Of a stretch of DNA of 64,000 nt, positions 41,086 to 52,400 are shown in pieces. The position numbers and the translations under genes are program-made. Where the stretch lies: assembly GCA_965217895.1 (NCBI GenBank), contig CBDCJV010000001.1:1-64000 (forward strand), read 5' to 3'. Every line of letters starts with the position of its first letter. The first letter of the stretch is position 1. The notes under the pieces were generated by a model, which saw only the letters and a list, made by a program, of their open reading frames with translations, did not search any database and was not told where the DNA came from. The DNA is from Waterburya sp. Lineage in GTDB: Bacteria; Cyanobacteriota; Cyanobacteriia; Cyanobacteriales; Xenococcaceae.

Positions 41086-42000
41086 TTATACTTTGCGTGT
41101 TGATTTAGCAGAGGAAGAACCTTTAGATGCATCTTTGTTTTTAGGAGAGCTAGCCTGCTGCCCAATAACAACGCTAACTAATATAGTTGCCACCCCAATT
41201 AGTTGAATCGCTGTAAAAGTCTCCTGTAAAAAAACATATCCGATCAACGTTGCGACCACAGGACTTAGTAGCCCCAAATATGAGACAGCCGTAGGGTTAA
41301 GCTTACTAATTCCGCGAAACCAAAGTGCGTAGGCAAGTCCAGTGCCAATCAGTCCTAGATAGATAAAGCCCCACAAATTAATCCTCGTCAGTTCGGCAAA
41401 TGTTCCCTCGGTTATTAAAGCAATTGGCAGCAGAATTAGTCCACCGACGGTTAGCTGCCATGCGGTAAAGACCATTAGAGAAACCCTAGGCTTCCATCGT
41501 TTTACCAGCACAGTACCCAGTCCCATAGCGACCGCACCACCTAGTGCTGCAATAATGCCGATAGTGTCAAGCTTGGCGCCAGGTTCGAGTACTAATAGAC
41601 CAACGCCAATGAATCCTGCGATCGCGGCAAAAATAAATATTTTAGAAGGTTTTACGCTCAATATCTGCCAGGCGAACAGTCCAACTAACAAGGGTTGAAT
41701 CGCCCCCGCTGTAGCTGCTACACCCCCAGGAAGGCGATAGGCTGCCACAAACAACAGTGCTTGGAAAACGCCAATATTTAGACCGCCCAAAATCAAGATC
41801 TTCCACCACCAGTCACCTTTAGGTAGCTTTCTCAGACCAATAGTGAGTAAAAGTCCAATGGGAAGCGATCGCATTGAAGCCACTAATAACGGATGGTTAG
41901 GCGGTAAGAATTCTGTCGCCACAGCGTAGGTCGTTCCCCAGGAAATCGGTGCTAAAGCTGTTAGCAGTATATTAGATAAACGACCTGTAGGAGCATTCAT
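41086..42000 (-). CDS. pecM: PecM-like EamA/DMT exporter
   Basis: ALAPISWGTTY..TEFLP, YRLPGGVAA, TAWQLTVGG; divergent from a PecS-like MarR gene. Confidence 0.8.
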   Translation of the reverse strand: MNAPTGRLSNILLTALAPISWGTTYAVATEFLPPNHPLLVASMRSLPIGLLLTIGLRKLPKGDWWWKILILGGLNIGVFQALLFVAAYRLPGGVAATAGAIQPLLVGLFAWQILSVKPSKIFIFAAIAGFIGVGLLVLEPGAKLDTIGIIAALGGAVAMGLGTVLVKRWKPRVSLMVFTAWQLTVGGLILLPIALITEGTFAELTRINLWGFIYLGLIGTGLAYALWFRGISKLNPTAVSYLGLLSPVVATLIGYVFLQETFTAIQLIGVATILVSVVIGQQASSPKNKDASKGSSSAKSTRKV

Positions 42001-42004
42001 AATT

Positions 42005-42126
42005 TATCTTGATGTTAAGATACTTGATATCGATATTATAAGATTTATCTTGACATAAAGATACTCGATCTCAAAACTATTTTCCAGATCTAGATGTCAG
42101 GCAGTCTTTATCTTGGTGTTAAGATT
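42005..42126. promoter_or_regulatory. Three TATCTT-N6-AAGAT palindromes, likely PecS operators
   Basis: 42005-42022 TATCTTGATGTTAAGATA; 42046-42063 TATCTTGACATAAAGATA; 42109-42126 TATCTTGGTGTTAAGATT. Confidence 0.8.
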
Positions 42127-42158
42127 ATTAAAATCGAGACTCTATACAATAAGTTTTA

Positions 42159-42650
42159 ATGGCTAACGATCTAGTTGATAAAATTTTGGCGCAGTGGCAA
42201 AAAGAGCGTCCTCAATTAGATGCTTCGCCAATGGGTATATTAGGTAGAACACCACGGCTAGCTAAACATTTAACCAGAGAAATTAGCCAAACATTAGCTA
42301 AATTTGATTTAAATCCTGGAGAATTTGATGTTTTGGCTACACTCCGTCGCTCAGGTAAGCCCTATCAACTTTCGCCAACCGAGTTATATAACTCAATGAT
42401 GGTCACATCTGGAACAATGACCCATCGTATTGACGGCTTGGAAAAAGCAGAACTTGTAGAACGCATTCGAGACCCAAGCGATCGCCGAGGCCTACTAATT
42501 CATTTGACTGATAAAGGTTTTAATTTAATCGAGAAGGCAGTAGAAGCTCATGTCGAGAATGGACATCATATTCTTAGTGTTTTGGAAGACTCAGAGCTTA
42601 AAACATTGAATATGCTGCTGCGTAAGCTTTTGATTTCCATAGAAGAGTAG
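42159..42650 (+). CDS. pecS: PecS-like (UrtR subfamily) MarR regulator
   Basis: N-terminal DKILAQWQKERP helix, EFDVLATLRR, SGTMTHRIDGLE, DPSDRR. Confidence 0.82.
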   Translation: MANDLVDKILAQWQKERPQLDASPMGILGRTPRLAKHLTREISQTLAKFDLNPGEFDVLATLRRSGKPYQLSPTELYNSMMVTSGTMTHRIDGLEKAELVERIRDPSDRRGLLIHLTDKGFNLIEKAVEAHVENGHHILSVLEDSELKTLNMLLRKLLISIEE

Positions 42651-42725
42651 CGGTTACATCTATCTAGACATAGGCGAGAAAATTGGTGTTTTTGTAGCGT
42701 GTGATACTGTTGACGAACCTTATGT

Positions 42726-43420
42726 CTATTCAATACCTTTTCCTTCAATTGCTTTGATATAACGTTCGGCAGAACGTCGAACACTAGCCTTGGCATTAGA
42801 TAAAATCACCGAATTCCACCAAGCACCATAAAGACGGTCAAATGTGTAAGTTTCTACAGCACTTGCGATACGCCTAACTTTAGAAGCTGGAAGGGGAATA
42901 AGATTAGGATAGCTATACATAAAACTTACCCAACGCTTGTCGGCAACAACTTAAATTACATCCCCAGTCAAAAGCGTGCCTAATCCATTTGTACCTGATG
43001 CCCAATGGCATACAGTACCACCCTCAAAATGACCTCCTGCTCTTATCAGGGTTAGATCCTGTTGCAGCTTAAGGGTATTTCCTTGCCAAAACTCGATTAT
43101 AGAATCGGGACGCATCACCCACTGACTATCCGCTTCATGGAGATAAAGAGGTACATCAAAAGCTTTTGCCCACTCAACAGCCGATCCATAGTAGTGAGGG
43201 TGAGAAATGGCGATCGCGCTTAGTCTACCAAGCTCATTGACTTGCTCAATTGTTTTGTCATCAATGAGGCTAATACAGTCCCATAAAACGTTACCTTGGT
43301 CTGATTGGATCAGCAGTGCCCGTTGACCGATCGCAAATTTTGGCTTTGTTCCAATACCATATAATTTGTTTTCTTGTTTCTCAATACGGTTGTGGTGGTC
43401 TTGTTTCAGTTTAGTTAAGG
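42726..43420 (-). pseudogene. MBL-fold metallo-hydrolase pseudogene
   Basis: HPHYY and GGHFEG motifs; in-frame TAA at 42951-42953 (GDVI*VVADKRWVSFMYSYPN); 5' end replaced by an IS1634 end. Confidence 0.85.
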
Positions 43421-44097
43421 CCGACATTCCGCAGAAATAAGAGAGAGACGGAAGAATTAATTTGAGAGATAAGGAAGAAGTATCAAATGAGTCTCAATTA
43501 GAGAAAAAGTTGATGGTATGTTGAAAATCATGACACCATCAACAGCACAAATCAAAGTAAAAGACCTAGATCACTGCGGAATCATCGCAGGGATAATTGA
43601 TGAGATTGGATTAGTCACACAAATCGATAAGGCTATCTCACAACATGGCAACCAAAAAGTGACTACAGGACAAGCAGTAAAAGCGATGATTCTCAATAGT
43701 CTAGGGATGATCAGCTCTCCTTTATATTTATTTGAGAAGTTTTTTCAAGGCAAAGCAACAGAACATTTGTTAGGTGAAGGGATATTGCCAGAACACTTAA
43801 ATGATGATTGCCTTGGTAGGGCATTAGATAAATTGTACCAAGCAGGAGTAACCAAAGTATTCGTTACTGTGGCACTGACAGCAGCGAAGAAGATGGGAGT
43901 AGAAGTCAAAAGTTTACACCTCGATCTGTTTGTGGCAGATGCGGCTCTTTACAGTGCAGAAAATATCCAGCAAATCGAGTCATTACGATGGCTCTCAAGA
44001 GTACCAGCTACGATTAAACAAGCAACTATGTTACTGACACACGACCATAAGATGTTTGTTCAGAGCAAGATAGATGGATATCTTATTGCTGAATGTG
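43421..44097 (+). mobile_element. IS1634-family remnant (transposase with internal deletion, 3' truncated)
   Basis: End sequence CCGACATTCCGCA; LDHCGIIAGIIDEIG...LNDDCLGRALDKLY; SLHLD joins directly to LFVADAALYS at ~43925. Confidence 0.85.
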
Positions 44098-44962
44098 TTC
44101 GACCAGGAGTATGTTTTAGATTGGCATCTTTCAAATAGCCATCAATAATAGCTCTAATGCTGCGTCTTGATAGTTGCTTTCCTTTGCTGTTGTTGCTCAG
44201 GGATACAAAGACATTATCGTTGGGTTTGATTTTTCGTCTCAAAACTTTTTGCCTTACCTCTAAATATTTATTTAATTGAGTAGTTAAATTATCCGTTAAA
44301 GGAACAACTCGGCTAGCTCGTTTAGCTGATACTTGTAATCCAGTTTTTATTCCTTGTCTGACGACAATATCTTCTATCTTTAAGGAGTGCATCTCAACTG
44401 TTCTGCATCCTTCTAAACTCATAATGCCAATTAAAATGCGATCGCGCAGGAGTACTAGTTTTTGTTTATTGGTTTTAGCTTCGTTTAATTGAGATTGAAT
44501 ATGGTCGAGTAAAAACTTTAACTCTTCTGTTTCCATAAAGGTAATCCGAGCAGCAGGGTCCTTCCTATCTTTGGGTGCTTTGATGTTTTGTGCGGGATTA
44601 TTTTTAATTAATCCATGAGTTAATGCTGCCTTGTAAAATATCCTGACAATGTTAAGCTTAGTGGCAATCGTACTGTTTTGATAGCCAGATTGAACTAGAT
44701 ATTGTCGATATAGTTTAATATCTTCTGCTTCTGCTTCGAGAGGTTGTAGTAAATTATCCTTACACCAGTCCAGGTATTGTTTAGTTTGAGAAACATAGGA
44801 ACGAATAGTGTCGATCGAGGCTGCGCCATCTCCTACTTCCAATTGAAGAAACTCAGTAAAAATTTTCTCTAATGTAACGCTCGTAGATTGGGGAACAACT
44901 AATACTGGCTTTATAGATTCAGGTATCCTATTTTCTTTTACAGTTACAATTTTAATTTCCAT
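44060..44962 (-). pseudogene. Tyrosine recombinase/integrase, C-terminally truncated
   Basis: SAM-like N-terminal domain, RDRILI..EGCRTVE (catalytic Arg); fused to IS1634 sequence after KHTPGRT, so the HxxR, H and Y residues are missing. Confidence 0.8.
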
Positions 44963-44975
44963 GTTCTTCTTTAAT

Positions 44976-46535
44976 CAATGGTTCGGACAAAATTAGGCAG
45001 CAATAGCTCCGTAGTCATAAAGGTTTGAGTAATTGGGATGGGATTTAATTAAAGTAGGCTCTAGATCTAACTTGTCAATAAATCGTTCAAGCAGATGGTA
45101 GTTAAGCGCACGGCGTTTGTAACTTGCCATTGAAAAAACAAAATTAGTCGAACAATTATGCTGTTGAACAGTATCCAATTTGGCAAGATTGAGCGCAGTG
45201 AGTGAAGCATTAAAATGAAAATCAAGCTTGCTTAGATCGCGAGCCTGACAATCAGCTAACCCTGTAAACTGTTTACTATCACGAAACACAAACTCGATTT
45301 GGAAGCGAGATTTATAGTAGAGATAAATCGAGTAAGCATCAAGCTCAAGATGAGTGCAAAATAAAACAGCATAGCTTGAAGAAGCTGAATTATTGAGTAA
45401 ATAGACTATCCGAACTTGGCGTTTAAGACTGATAGACCAAACAACGGCGGTGTAAAGATCTATACCGTTAGATAATTGAGTGACCAACTCAAAGTTATTT
45501 TGGTTGGTTAAATCGACTTTTTTGCCATACTTACGAGGTCGTCCTCTTCCTGAATATTCTTCTCGGTTGGGATAACGTAAATTGGCATCCCGTCGTAATT
45601 TTCCGATTGCTTCTAGCTTGAGGTTGGTGACTCCTTCGACCCATTTAATTTTGCTGTAGAATCCATCACTGACTACATAGCGAAGGGAGCTGGTTCACAA
45701 GTAGCAAGTAGCAAGTAGCAAGTAGCAATTTTACCTCTCGTTAAAACAAGAGGATTGAAACAAAGAAATGTGTTTTATTTTTTTTCGTCTTTAAAGAGCG
45801 CAACGCTTGCGCGTTGCCAGTCGTCTTCGACGACGATCTGAGCCTTTCAGGCTCTGCGCTTTAGACCAACTTCGGAGTTACTTAATTGCTATCTGTTATC
45901 TGCTACTTGTTACTTTTGCTCCAAAGGAGCTGGGTAAATAAGGAACAGTTACTTCTAATTGAGCTAGATAGTGATTAATCCTAGTCGTTTCTGGTTGCTC
46001 ATTTTTCTCTAAAGATGAGTTCTTGGCTGGTGTTTGCTGAACACTGAGGCTGTATCCCCTTTTTTTGCCTACATCTACTACTGCCATTGCCGAAATCTCT
46101 AATCCTTTCTCTGCTCTTGATGCACTGCCGTTGTAAAAGCGATCCAGACCATAGGTTCGTTTTCCACTTTTGGGAATAAAAGAACAGTCTACCGCTAAGA
46201 TTACCTCTGATTTAGAGTCAATTGCTTGCTCTATTAGCTTTTGGTTGAATTGGATGAAGTTAAAAGAACGTTGATATTGTCGCCGATATGTTCGCTCACT
46301 GATTTGACTATAACGACTTAAGTTAACAAAATTAGCTCTACCGCAACCTACAAGCAGAGTTGAAAATAAGGTCAAGATAAATTTCTTTTGAGGATGTGTT
46401 AAATCCCCCATCGAGATCAGTAAGCTTTGTATAATTGTTTTGACGCTATCCATTGCAGGTAATCTTTCAACACTTTTACCTTAATTCAGTGGATGGCTTT
46501 TTTTCTCTCTTTTACAAAAATTGTCCGAACCATTG
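44976..46535 (-). mobile_element. DDE insertion sequence (IS4/IS701-like); transposase 46453-44993 interrupted
   Basis: Perfect terminal inverted repeats CAATGGTTCGGACAA / TTGTCCGAACCATTG; DCSFIPKSGK and RFQIEFVFRDSKQ motifs; removing 240 bp restores a 406-codon ORF. Confidence 0.88.
45694..45925. mobile_element. Non-autonomous insertion with CAAGTAG heptamer ends, inside the transposase
   Basis: Flanked by direct repeats GGAGCTGG (45686-45693, 45926-45933); (CAAGTAG)4 at left, degenerate inverse at right, three internal hairpins. Confidence 0.75.
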
Positions 46536-46597
46536 ATCATTCAATCTCCAAATAAATCTAAGATTGAAATTACTGAAAACTAAACAGGATTCGCTCA

Positions 46598-47977
46598 ATG
46601 GACACAATCAAGTACACCTTGTCAGAAAGCCAGATGCCTACGGCTTGGTACAATATTCAAGCCGATCTTCCTACTCTCGCGCCTCCAGTGCTGCATCCTG
46701 GTACGGGTCAGCCCATCGCTCCTGCTGACTTAGAACCTTTGTTTCCCGAACAGTTGATTAAACAGGAAGTAAGTAGCGATCGCTGGATTGAAATTCCCGA
46801 AGAAGTACAATCGATTTACCGTCAGTGGCGACCGACTCCCCTTTATCGCGCCCGACGGCTGGAAAAAGCCCTCGATACTCCTGCCAAAATCTACTATAAA
46901 TACGAAGGTGTTAGTCCTACTGGCAGCCACAAACCAAACACGGCTGTTCCTCAAGCTTACTACAACAAACAGGCAGGAGTTAAACGACTAATCACCGAAA
47001 CTGGTGCGGGTCAGTGGGGTTCTTCCCTAGCTTTTGCTGGTGCTTTATTTGGACTTGAAGTAGAAGTCTATATGGTCAAAATTAGCTATGAACAAAAACC
47101 TTATCGTCGTGCTTTAATGGAAGCTTTTGAATCCCAGGTGATAGCTAGCCCCAGCAACCAAACTAATGCAGGGCGCAAAATCCTCCAAGAGAATCCCGAC
47201 AGTCTCGGCAGCCTGGGAATTGCCATCGGTGAAGCGGTAGAGGTAGCAGCCCAAGATGACCGCGCCAAATATGCTTTAGGTAGCGTTCTCAACCACGTAC
47301 TACTCCATCAAACCATCGTCGGTCAGGAGACATTGGCACAATTAGAACAGGCGGGTGATTATCCCGATATTTCAGTAGGCTGTACGGGTGGAGGCAGTAA
47401 TTTTGCTGGCATTGCCTTTCCGTTTATGGGTGCGAACTTGCGAAAAGAGCGATCGCCAATTAAATTTATAGCAGTCGAACCTGCTGCTTGCCCATCCCTA
47501 ACTAAAGGTAAATATACTTATGATTTTGGCGATTCGGCTCATCTGACCCCGCTTGCAAAGATGCACACCCTGGGTAATTCTTTCGTGCCAGAAGGAATTC
47601 ATTCTGGTGGATTGCGCTATCATGGCATGGCACCTTTGCTAAGTCATATTCTCGATCTTGGGCTGATTGAAGCCCGCGCTGAAAAGCAGCTCAGTTGTTT
47701 TGCTGCGGGTACTATCTTTGCCCGTACAGAAGGTATTTTGCCTGCGCCTGAAGCTAATCATGCGGTTAAAGGTGCGATCGATGAAGCCCTGCGCTGTAAG
47801 GAAGAAGGAGTCAGCAAAACTATTCTATTTAACCTGTGCGGTCACGGTCACTTTGATATGCAGGCATATATGGATTATCAAGCGGGGTTGCTGCACGATA
47901 CAGAATATAGTGAGGCAGAGGTAGCAATGGCATTAGCCCAATTGCCTGTAGTTGGCTCGGCAGAGGGTAAATCTTAG
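46598..47977 (+). CDS. trpB2: TrpB2-type tryptophan synthase beta-like PLP enzyme
   Basis: [47 protein letters not shown]. Confidence 0.9.
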   Translation: MDTIKYTLSESQMPTAWYNIQADLPTLAPPVLHPGTGQPIAPADLEPLFPEQLIKQEVSSDRWIEIPEEVQSIYRQWRPTPLYRARRLEKALDTPAKIYYKYEGVSPTGSHKPNTAVPQAYYNKQAGVKRLITETGAGQWGSSLAFAGALFGLEVEVYMVKISYEQKPYRRALMEAFESQVIASPSNQTNAGRKILQENPDSLGSLGIAIGEAVEVAAQDDRAKYALGSVLNHVLLHQTIVGQETLAQLEQAGDYPDISVGCTGGGSNFAGIAFPFMGANLRKERSPIKFIAVEPAACPSLTKGKYTYDFGDSAHLTPLAKMHTLGNSFVPEGIHSGGLRYHGMAPLLSHILDLGLIEARAEKQLSCFAAGTIFARTEGILPAPEANHAVKGAIDEALRCKEEGVSKTILFNLCGHGHFDMQAYMDYQAGLLHDTEYSEAEVAMALAQLPVVGSAEGKS

Positions 47978-48106
47978 TCTGGATAATGATTATCTACTAC
48001 CCACGGGAGCATCGCACAGAGCAAGAAACGGGTGGTTTTGAGCCGACACCACTGATAGAGTAAGAAAGTTACAACCTGGGCTTAGAATACAAGAACAAGG
48101 GTAAAA

Positions 48107-48964
48107 ATGCAGGTATCTATACAACATGAAGATTATCAAAAAATTGCCAAGGCGATCGCTTTTATTCGTCAACATCACCTGAGTCAACCCGATCTTTCCA
48201 CTGTGGCACAACACATTGGACTTAGCGAATACCATTTTCAAAAATTATTTACTCAATGGGCTGGTATTAGCCCCAAACGTTTTTTGCAGTATCTGAACCT
48301 CGAATATGCTAAATCAAAAATCAATCTAACCAACAGCTTATTGGATTTGACATTAGATGTCGGATTATCTAGTCCAGGACGATTACATGACCTATTTGTA
48401 AGCTTAGAAGCAATGTCTCCTGGTGAATACAAAACAGGTGGAATGGGTTTGCAAATTTATTATGGTGTTCACGATACCCCGTTTGGTCAATCTTTAATTG
48501 CTACAACTGCTCGTGGTGTTTGCAATCTTCATTTTTTAGATCTGGTCAATCAGCAAACGCCCGAACAAATCCTAAAACAGTCTTGGTCAAATGCCGAAAT
48601 AATTCATAACCAAAACGCTACTCAAGCCTTATGCGATCGGATTTTCCATTCAGCAAACCTGCAAGAGCAAAAATCACTAACGCTTTTAGTCAAGGGAACT
48701 AATTTTCAGATTCAGGTTTGGCGTGCGCTTTTGCAAGTAACATTTGGAGAAATTACAACTTATCAAACTATTGCTGAAATGATCGATCGCCCTACCGCTA
48801 GCAGAGCGGTAGGCAATGCTGTGGGGAAAAACCCGATCGGCTATCTCATTCCTTGTCATAGGGTGATTCGAGGCTCTGGGGAACTTGGTGGCTATCGTTG
48901 GGGAGCAGAGCGCAAAACTGCCATTCTAGGCTGGGAAGCCAGCCATAGAATTGATCGAGAATAA
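48107..48964 (+). CDS. AraC-HTH fused O6-methylguanine-DNA methyltransferase (Ada-like)
   Basis: HFQKLFTQWAGISPK HTH; GTNFQIQVW, PCHRV active site. Confidence 0.9.
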   Translation: MQVSIQHEDYQKIAKAIAFIRQHHLSQPDLSTVAQHIGLSEYHFQKLFTQWAGISPKRFLQYLNLEYAKSKINLTNSLLDLTLDVGLSSPGRLHDLFVSLEAMSPGEYKTGGMGLQIYYGVHDTPFGQSLIATTARGVCNLHFLDLVNQQTPEQILKQSWSNAEIIHNQNATQALCDRIFHSANLQEQKSLTLLVKGTNFQIQVWRALLQVTFGEITTYQTIAEMIDRPTASRAVGNAVGKNPIGYLIPCHRVIRGSGELGGYRWGAERKTAILGWEASHRIDRE

Positions 48965-49090
48965 AATTATGAAAATTTTAAATAGTTTTAAATATTATTG
49001 AGTTTTTTCTGTTAGCTGTGTTAATAACTAGGCTTTTTTTAGTACTAGTACACCGTCAAGTCTTAATAAAAAAGATAGAAGAACTATTGT

Positions 49091-50068
49091 CTATACAGAT
49101 AAACCTTTAGAGGCTAACCATTCCTGGTTATACAGACGAGATTGATATCTTGCTCCACCATCACATAGTACCGTAACTATAGTATGACCAGGACCGATTT
49201 GTTTTGCTAAAGCTAAGGCTGCACCGACATTAATCCCCACAGAACCGCCCATAAATAAGCCTTCTTTGTTGAGCAACTGATAGATAACGCGGACACATTC
49301 TTGGTCATCAACCTGAATCGCATCATCAATGGGCGCACCTTCCATATTGCCTGTAATGCGACTATTGCCAATTCCTTCAGTGATAGAATTTCCTTCGGGA
49401 TTAATTTCTCCTGTTTTGATGTAGCTGTAAAGACCACTACCCATAGGATCGGCAACTACACAGCGAACATCAGGATTTTGCTCTTTAAGATACATTGATA
49501 CTCCCGCATAAGTTCCTCCTGTGCCAGTAGCAGCCACCCAAGCATCAATTTTGCCTTCGGTTTGCGACCAAATTTCTGCCCCTGTGGTTTCGTAATGTGC
49601 CTGACGGTTGGCTAAATTTTCAAACTGGTTTGCCCAGATAGCGTTGTCCATCTCGGCTGCTACCCGTCCTGATATCTTAACGTAATTATTAGGATTTTTA
49701 TAAGGGACGGCCCGAACAAGGCGCACTTCGGCACCAAGAGTTTTTAGGGTATCAATCTTTTCTTGAGACTGAGTTTCAGGAATGATAATTAGACATTTGT
49801 ATCCCTTGGCATTGCAAATGTGCGCCAGACCGATTCCCGTATTACCTGCTGTTCCTTCAACTACAGTTCCCCCTGGTTTAAGTAGTCCTTTTTTTTCCGC
49901 ATCTTCAATAATATAAAGAGCAGCACGATCTTTTACTGAACCACCAGGATTAAGAAACTCTGCTTTACCTAATAATTCGCAGCCTGTTTCTTCACTAAAG
50001 CTGTTGAGCCGAATTAAAGGTGTATTGCCTACTGTGGCGACAAAACCATTTTTTATATCCATATTCAT
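49091..50068 (-). CDS. cysK: Cysteine synthase family protein
   Basis: KAEFLNPGGSVKDR, EGTAGNTG, GTGGT, TEGIG. Confidence 0.88.
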   Translation of the reverse strand: MNMDIKNGFVATVGNTPLIRLNSFSEETGCELLGKAEFLNPGGSVKDRAALYIIEDAEKKGLLKPGGTVVEGTAGNTGIGLAHICNAKGYKCLIIIPETQSQEKIDTLKTLGAEVRLVRAVPYKNPNNYVKISGRVAAEMDNAIWANQFENLANRQAHYETTGAEIWSQTEGKIDAWVAATGTGGTYAGVSMYLKEQNPDVRCVVADPMGSGLYSYIKTGEINPEGNSITEGIGNSRITGNMEGAPIDDAIQVDDQECVRVIYQLLNKEGLFMGGSVGINVGAALALAKQIGPGHTIVTVLCDGGARYQSRLYNQEWLASKGLSV

Positions 50069-50131
50069 AAGAACTATACTGAATCCACCCTTTAGTCTTT
50101 ACATTACCTGAATTTTGCCACTCGTTAATTG

Positions 50132-51211
50132 TTAATTGCTAATATCTTGATGTCCTTCGGCAATCAATTTAGGCTTGACATATAAGTTTTCCAAGAGTAC
50201 GCCCATTCCTGCTATCCAAGGTGGAACAATTAATGCACCAATAATTCCTAGAACCTGTGCGCCACCCAAGACTGCCAGCAATTGATATAAGGGAGAAACT
50301 TTTACAGAGTTGCCGACAAGTAGAGGATCTAGAATATAGGTTTCTAAATTCTGGACAATGGCAAACAATAATAGTACCCAAACAAAAGTTAATCCTCCTT
50401 GAGAAGTGGCGACGATCAAAGCGGGAACTGCTCCTAAGATTGGACCAAAAAAGGGAATAAGATTGGTAAATCCAGCAATTACGCCTAAACCCAGAGCTAG
50501 ATCTGATAAGCCTAAAAATCTGAGACTAACGCTAATTACTACACCCAAAATCCCCGAAACTAAAATCCGCCCCTGAATATAACCTCCCATGCGTTTGCCC
50601 ACTGGCTGAATCTGTTCGGCTAAACGTTGATTCCAAGGTTTGGGAAAAAGATTAATAATATCTTTTATTAGCTGTTTGGAAGTAGATAGCATATAGGCTG
50701 AAAGCAGCAAAGCTAAAAAAGCACTAAGCACGCTGCCGATAATTCCTCTGGTAACGCTGTAGGAGCGAACTACTAACTGCTGACTAGAACGAATTGCCCA
50801 AGAGATTAATCCCTGCACGTCTAATAGCTGATTAATGATATTTGGTGCGCCTGTATCGTTCATGCCTAAACGCAGAATTGAATCTGATAAAAGCGATCGC
50901 ACTGTCTCTAAATATACAGGAAGTCTACCAATCAGGCTTTGGATTTGTTCTACTACCGTCGGTCCAATAATTAAACCAAAACCCGTTAAAGTACCGATTA
51001 ATGCTGCATAAACTAGCAAAATTGCTAAAAATCGGGGCAATCCTAATTTTTGCGTTGTCTCAACTATGGGAGCTAAAGTAGCAGCTATGACTACGGCAAT
51101 CATTAATACTACGATTAAACTTCGCAACTGCCATAAAAGAATCAGCAGCAAAGGAAGAGTAACTAGCAGGATAATATTAGTCAGAGAAATAGAAATCGGT
51201 CTGTTGGTCAT
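50132..51211 (-). CDS. AI-2E family transporter
   Basis: GYIQGR, NLIPFFGP, QNLETYILDP motifs. Confidence 0.88.
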   Translation of the reverse strand: MTNRPISISLTNIILLVTLPLLLILLWQLRSLIVVLMIAVVIAATLAPIVETTQKLGLPRFLAILLVYAALIGTLTGFGLIIGPTVVEQIQSLIGRLPVYLETVRSLLSDSILRLGMNDTGAPNIINQLLDVQGLISWAIRSSQQLVVRSYSVTRGIIGSVLSAFLALLLSAYMLSTSKQLIKDIINLFPKPWNQRLAEQIQPVGKRMGGYIQGRILVSGILGVVISVSLRFLGLSDLALGLGVIAGFTNLIPFFGPILGAVPALIVATSQGGLTFVWVLLLFAIVQNLETYILDPLLVGNSVKVSPLYQLLAVLGGAQVLGIIGALIVPPWIAGMGVLLENLYVKPKLIAEGHQDISN

Positions 51212-51327
51212 GGGAGAGCTACAAGCTGTAAGCCTTAAGCTATAAGCTATGAATAAAGTTGAAGTATTTAAATTGTTTTACAGCTAATAATTTTGTAGTT
51301 AAAAACTAAAAACTATTGAATAACTAT

Positions 51328-52089
51328 TTAGACTAAGGCTAACTCAATTGTTTCTCCAGATTGAGGATTGATCGCTTTAGTGGCAAGATTGTTTTGCTGC
51401 AAAAGTTGCTTAAACTCTTCTATTGTGCCGTCTGCTTTCAGTACTGTCGTAATCAAGCCTTGAACATCGACATCGCCTCCAGCAGCGGTAGCTAAAATCA
51501 CCTGTGGCTTTAAGCGTTTACATACCTGCAAAGCTGTCTCCTGTCCTTTGATTACCGAGCCTACCAAAGGTAACTTAAGGTTAACAAGAGGAGTAATAAT
51601 TACATCGATAGGTGCTGCATCACTCAAAGAATCCGAATGATTGCCGTGAGGCTCATAATAAATATTTTTGCCTGATTCTATACCTTTGATAATGTAGCCA
51701 TTTTCAACTAGTGTAGGACCAACGGGTGAACCTGGAACAGCTTTGATTTCTAATTGTTCTCCTAGCTTAAAGCTTTCTCCATGCTCTAGGGAAGTGACGT
51801 TAGTATAGCCCAATTCTTTAACTACTTTGGCTCCGTTAGGAGATGCTACAACAGGAAGATTATGATCTAATTTCTTGAGCGTAGGGGGATGAGCATGATC
51901 TTCTAATCCCTGGGAAAGAAGAATTAGGTCGATATTTTTAGGAATTGGTTGAGGATTGTTTTTTTTGCTTTTAAACAACCAAGCTTGATTGCCGAAAACT
52001 AAATCTCCCACCAGCCAGGGGTCGAGGAGGATTCTTTTGCCATCAATTTCTATCAGCCAGGAATTGCTATCTAAATAAGTAAGATTCAT
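51328..52089 (-). CDS. MBL-fold metallo-hydrolase
   Basis: ILLDPW, LSQGLEDHAH, YYEPHG. Confidence 0.85.
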   Translation of the reverse strand: MNLTYLDSNSWLIEIDGKRILLDPWLVGDLVFGNQAWLFKSKKNNPQPIPKNIDLILLSQGLEDHAHPPTLKKLDHNLPVVASPNGAKVVKELGYTNVTSLEHGESFKLGEQLEIKAVPGSPVGPTLVENGYIIKGIESGKNIYYEPHGNHSDSLSDAAPIDVIITPLVNLKLPLVGSVIKGQETALQVCKRLKPQVILATAAGGDVDVQGLITTVLKADGTIEEFKQLLQQNNLATKAINPQSGETIELALV

Positions 52090-52400
52090 ATCAGCTATTT
52101 ACTTTATACCTTAGTATTATTGTAAAGATTTGTTTCGCAATTAGGCGAAATTAATTTCATCATATATTTCTAGAAAGCCATGTTTTTATTGGTCAGGCTT
52201 TAGCGTAAAATATTCTGGTGTTTGAAAATATCTATTTGAAGCTAGTACGACCTTTAAGTGAAGTTCAAAACAAACTATAAAACTTTCCTTAACGAAAAGT
52301 TAAAATGGTCATAACTTCTAATATATAAGATTAATTCTAGGAAAAATCAGTAGCAGATAGATATAGATATTTATTCAAATTTTAGAGCAAGATAAATTTT

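Noticed and set aside
42951..42953. Programmed stop-codon readthrough in the MBL gene
   Set aside because: It is a TAA in a gene already truncated by IS1634, so simple decay is the more economical explanation
46598..47977. trpB2 as part of the biosynthetic island
   Set aside because: Separated from aroK by ~7 kb of unrelated genes and IS debris; no other trp genes in the window
52250..52310. Pho box upstream of pstB
   Set aside because: Only weak TTAA-type half sites in AT-rich DNA, without three convincing 11-bp-spaced repeats
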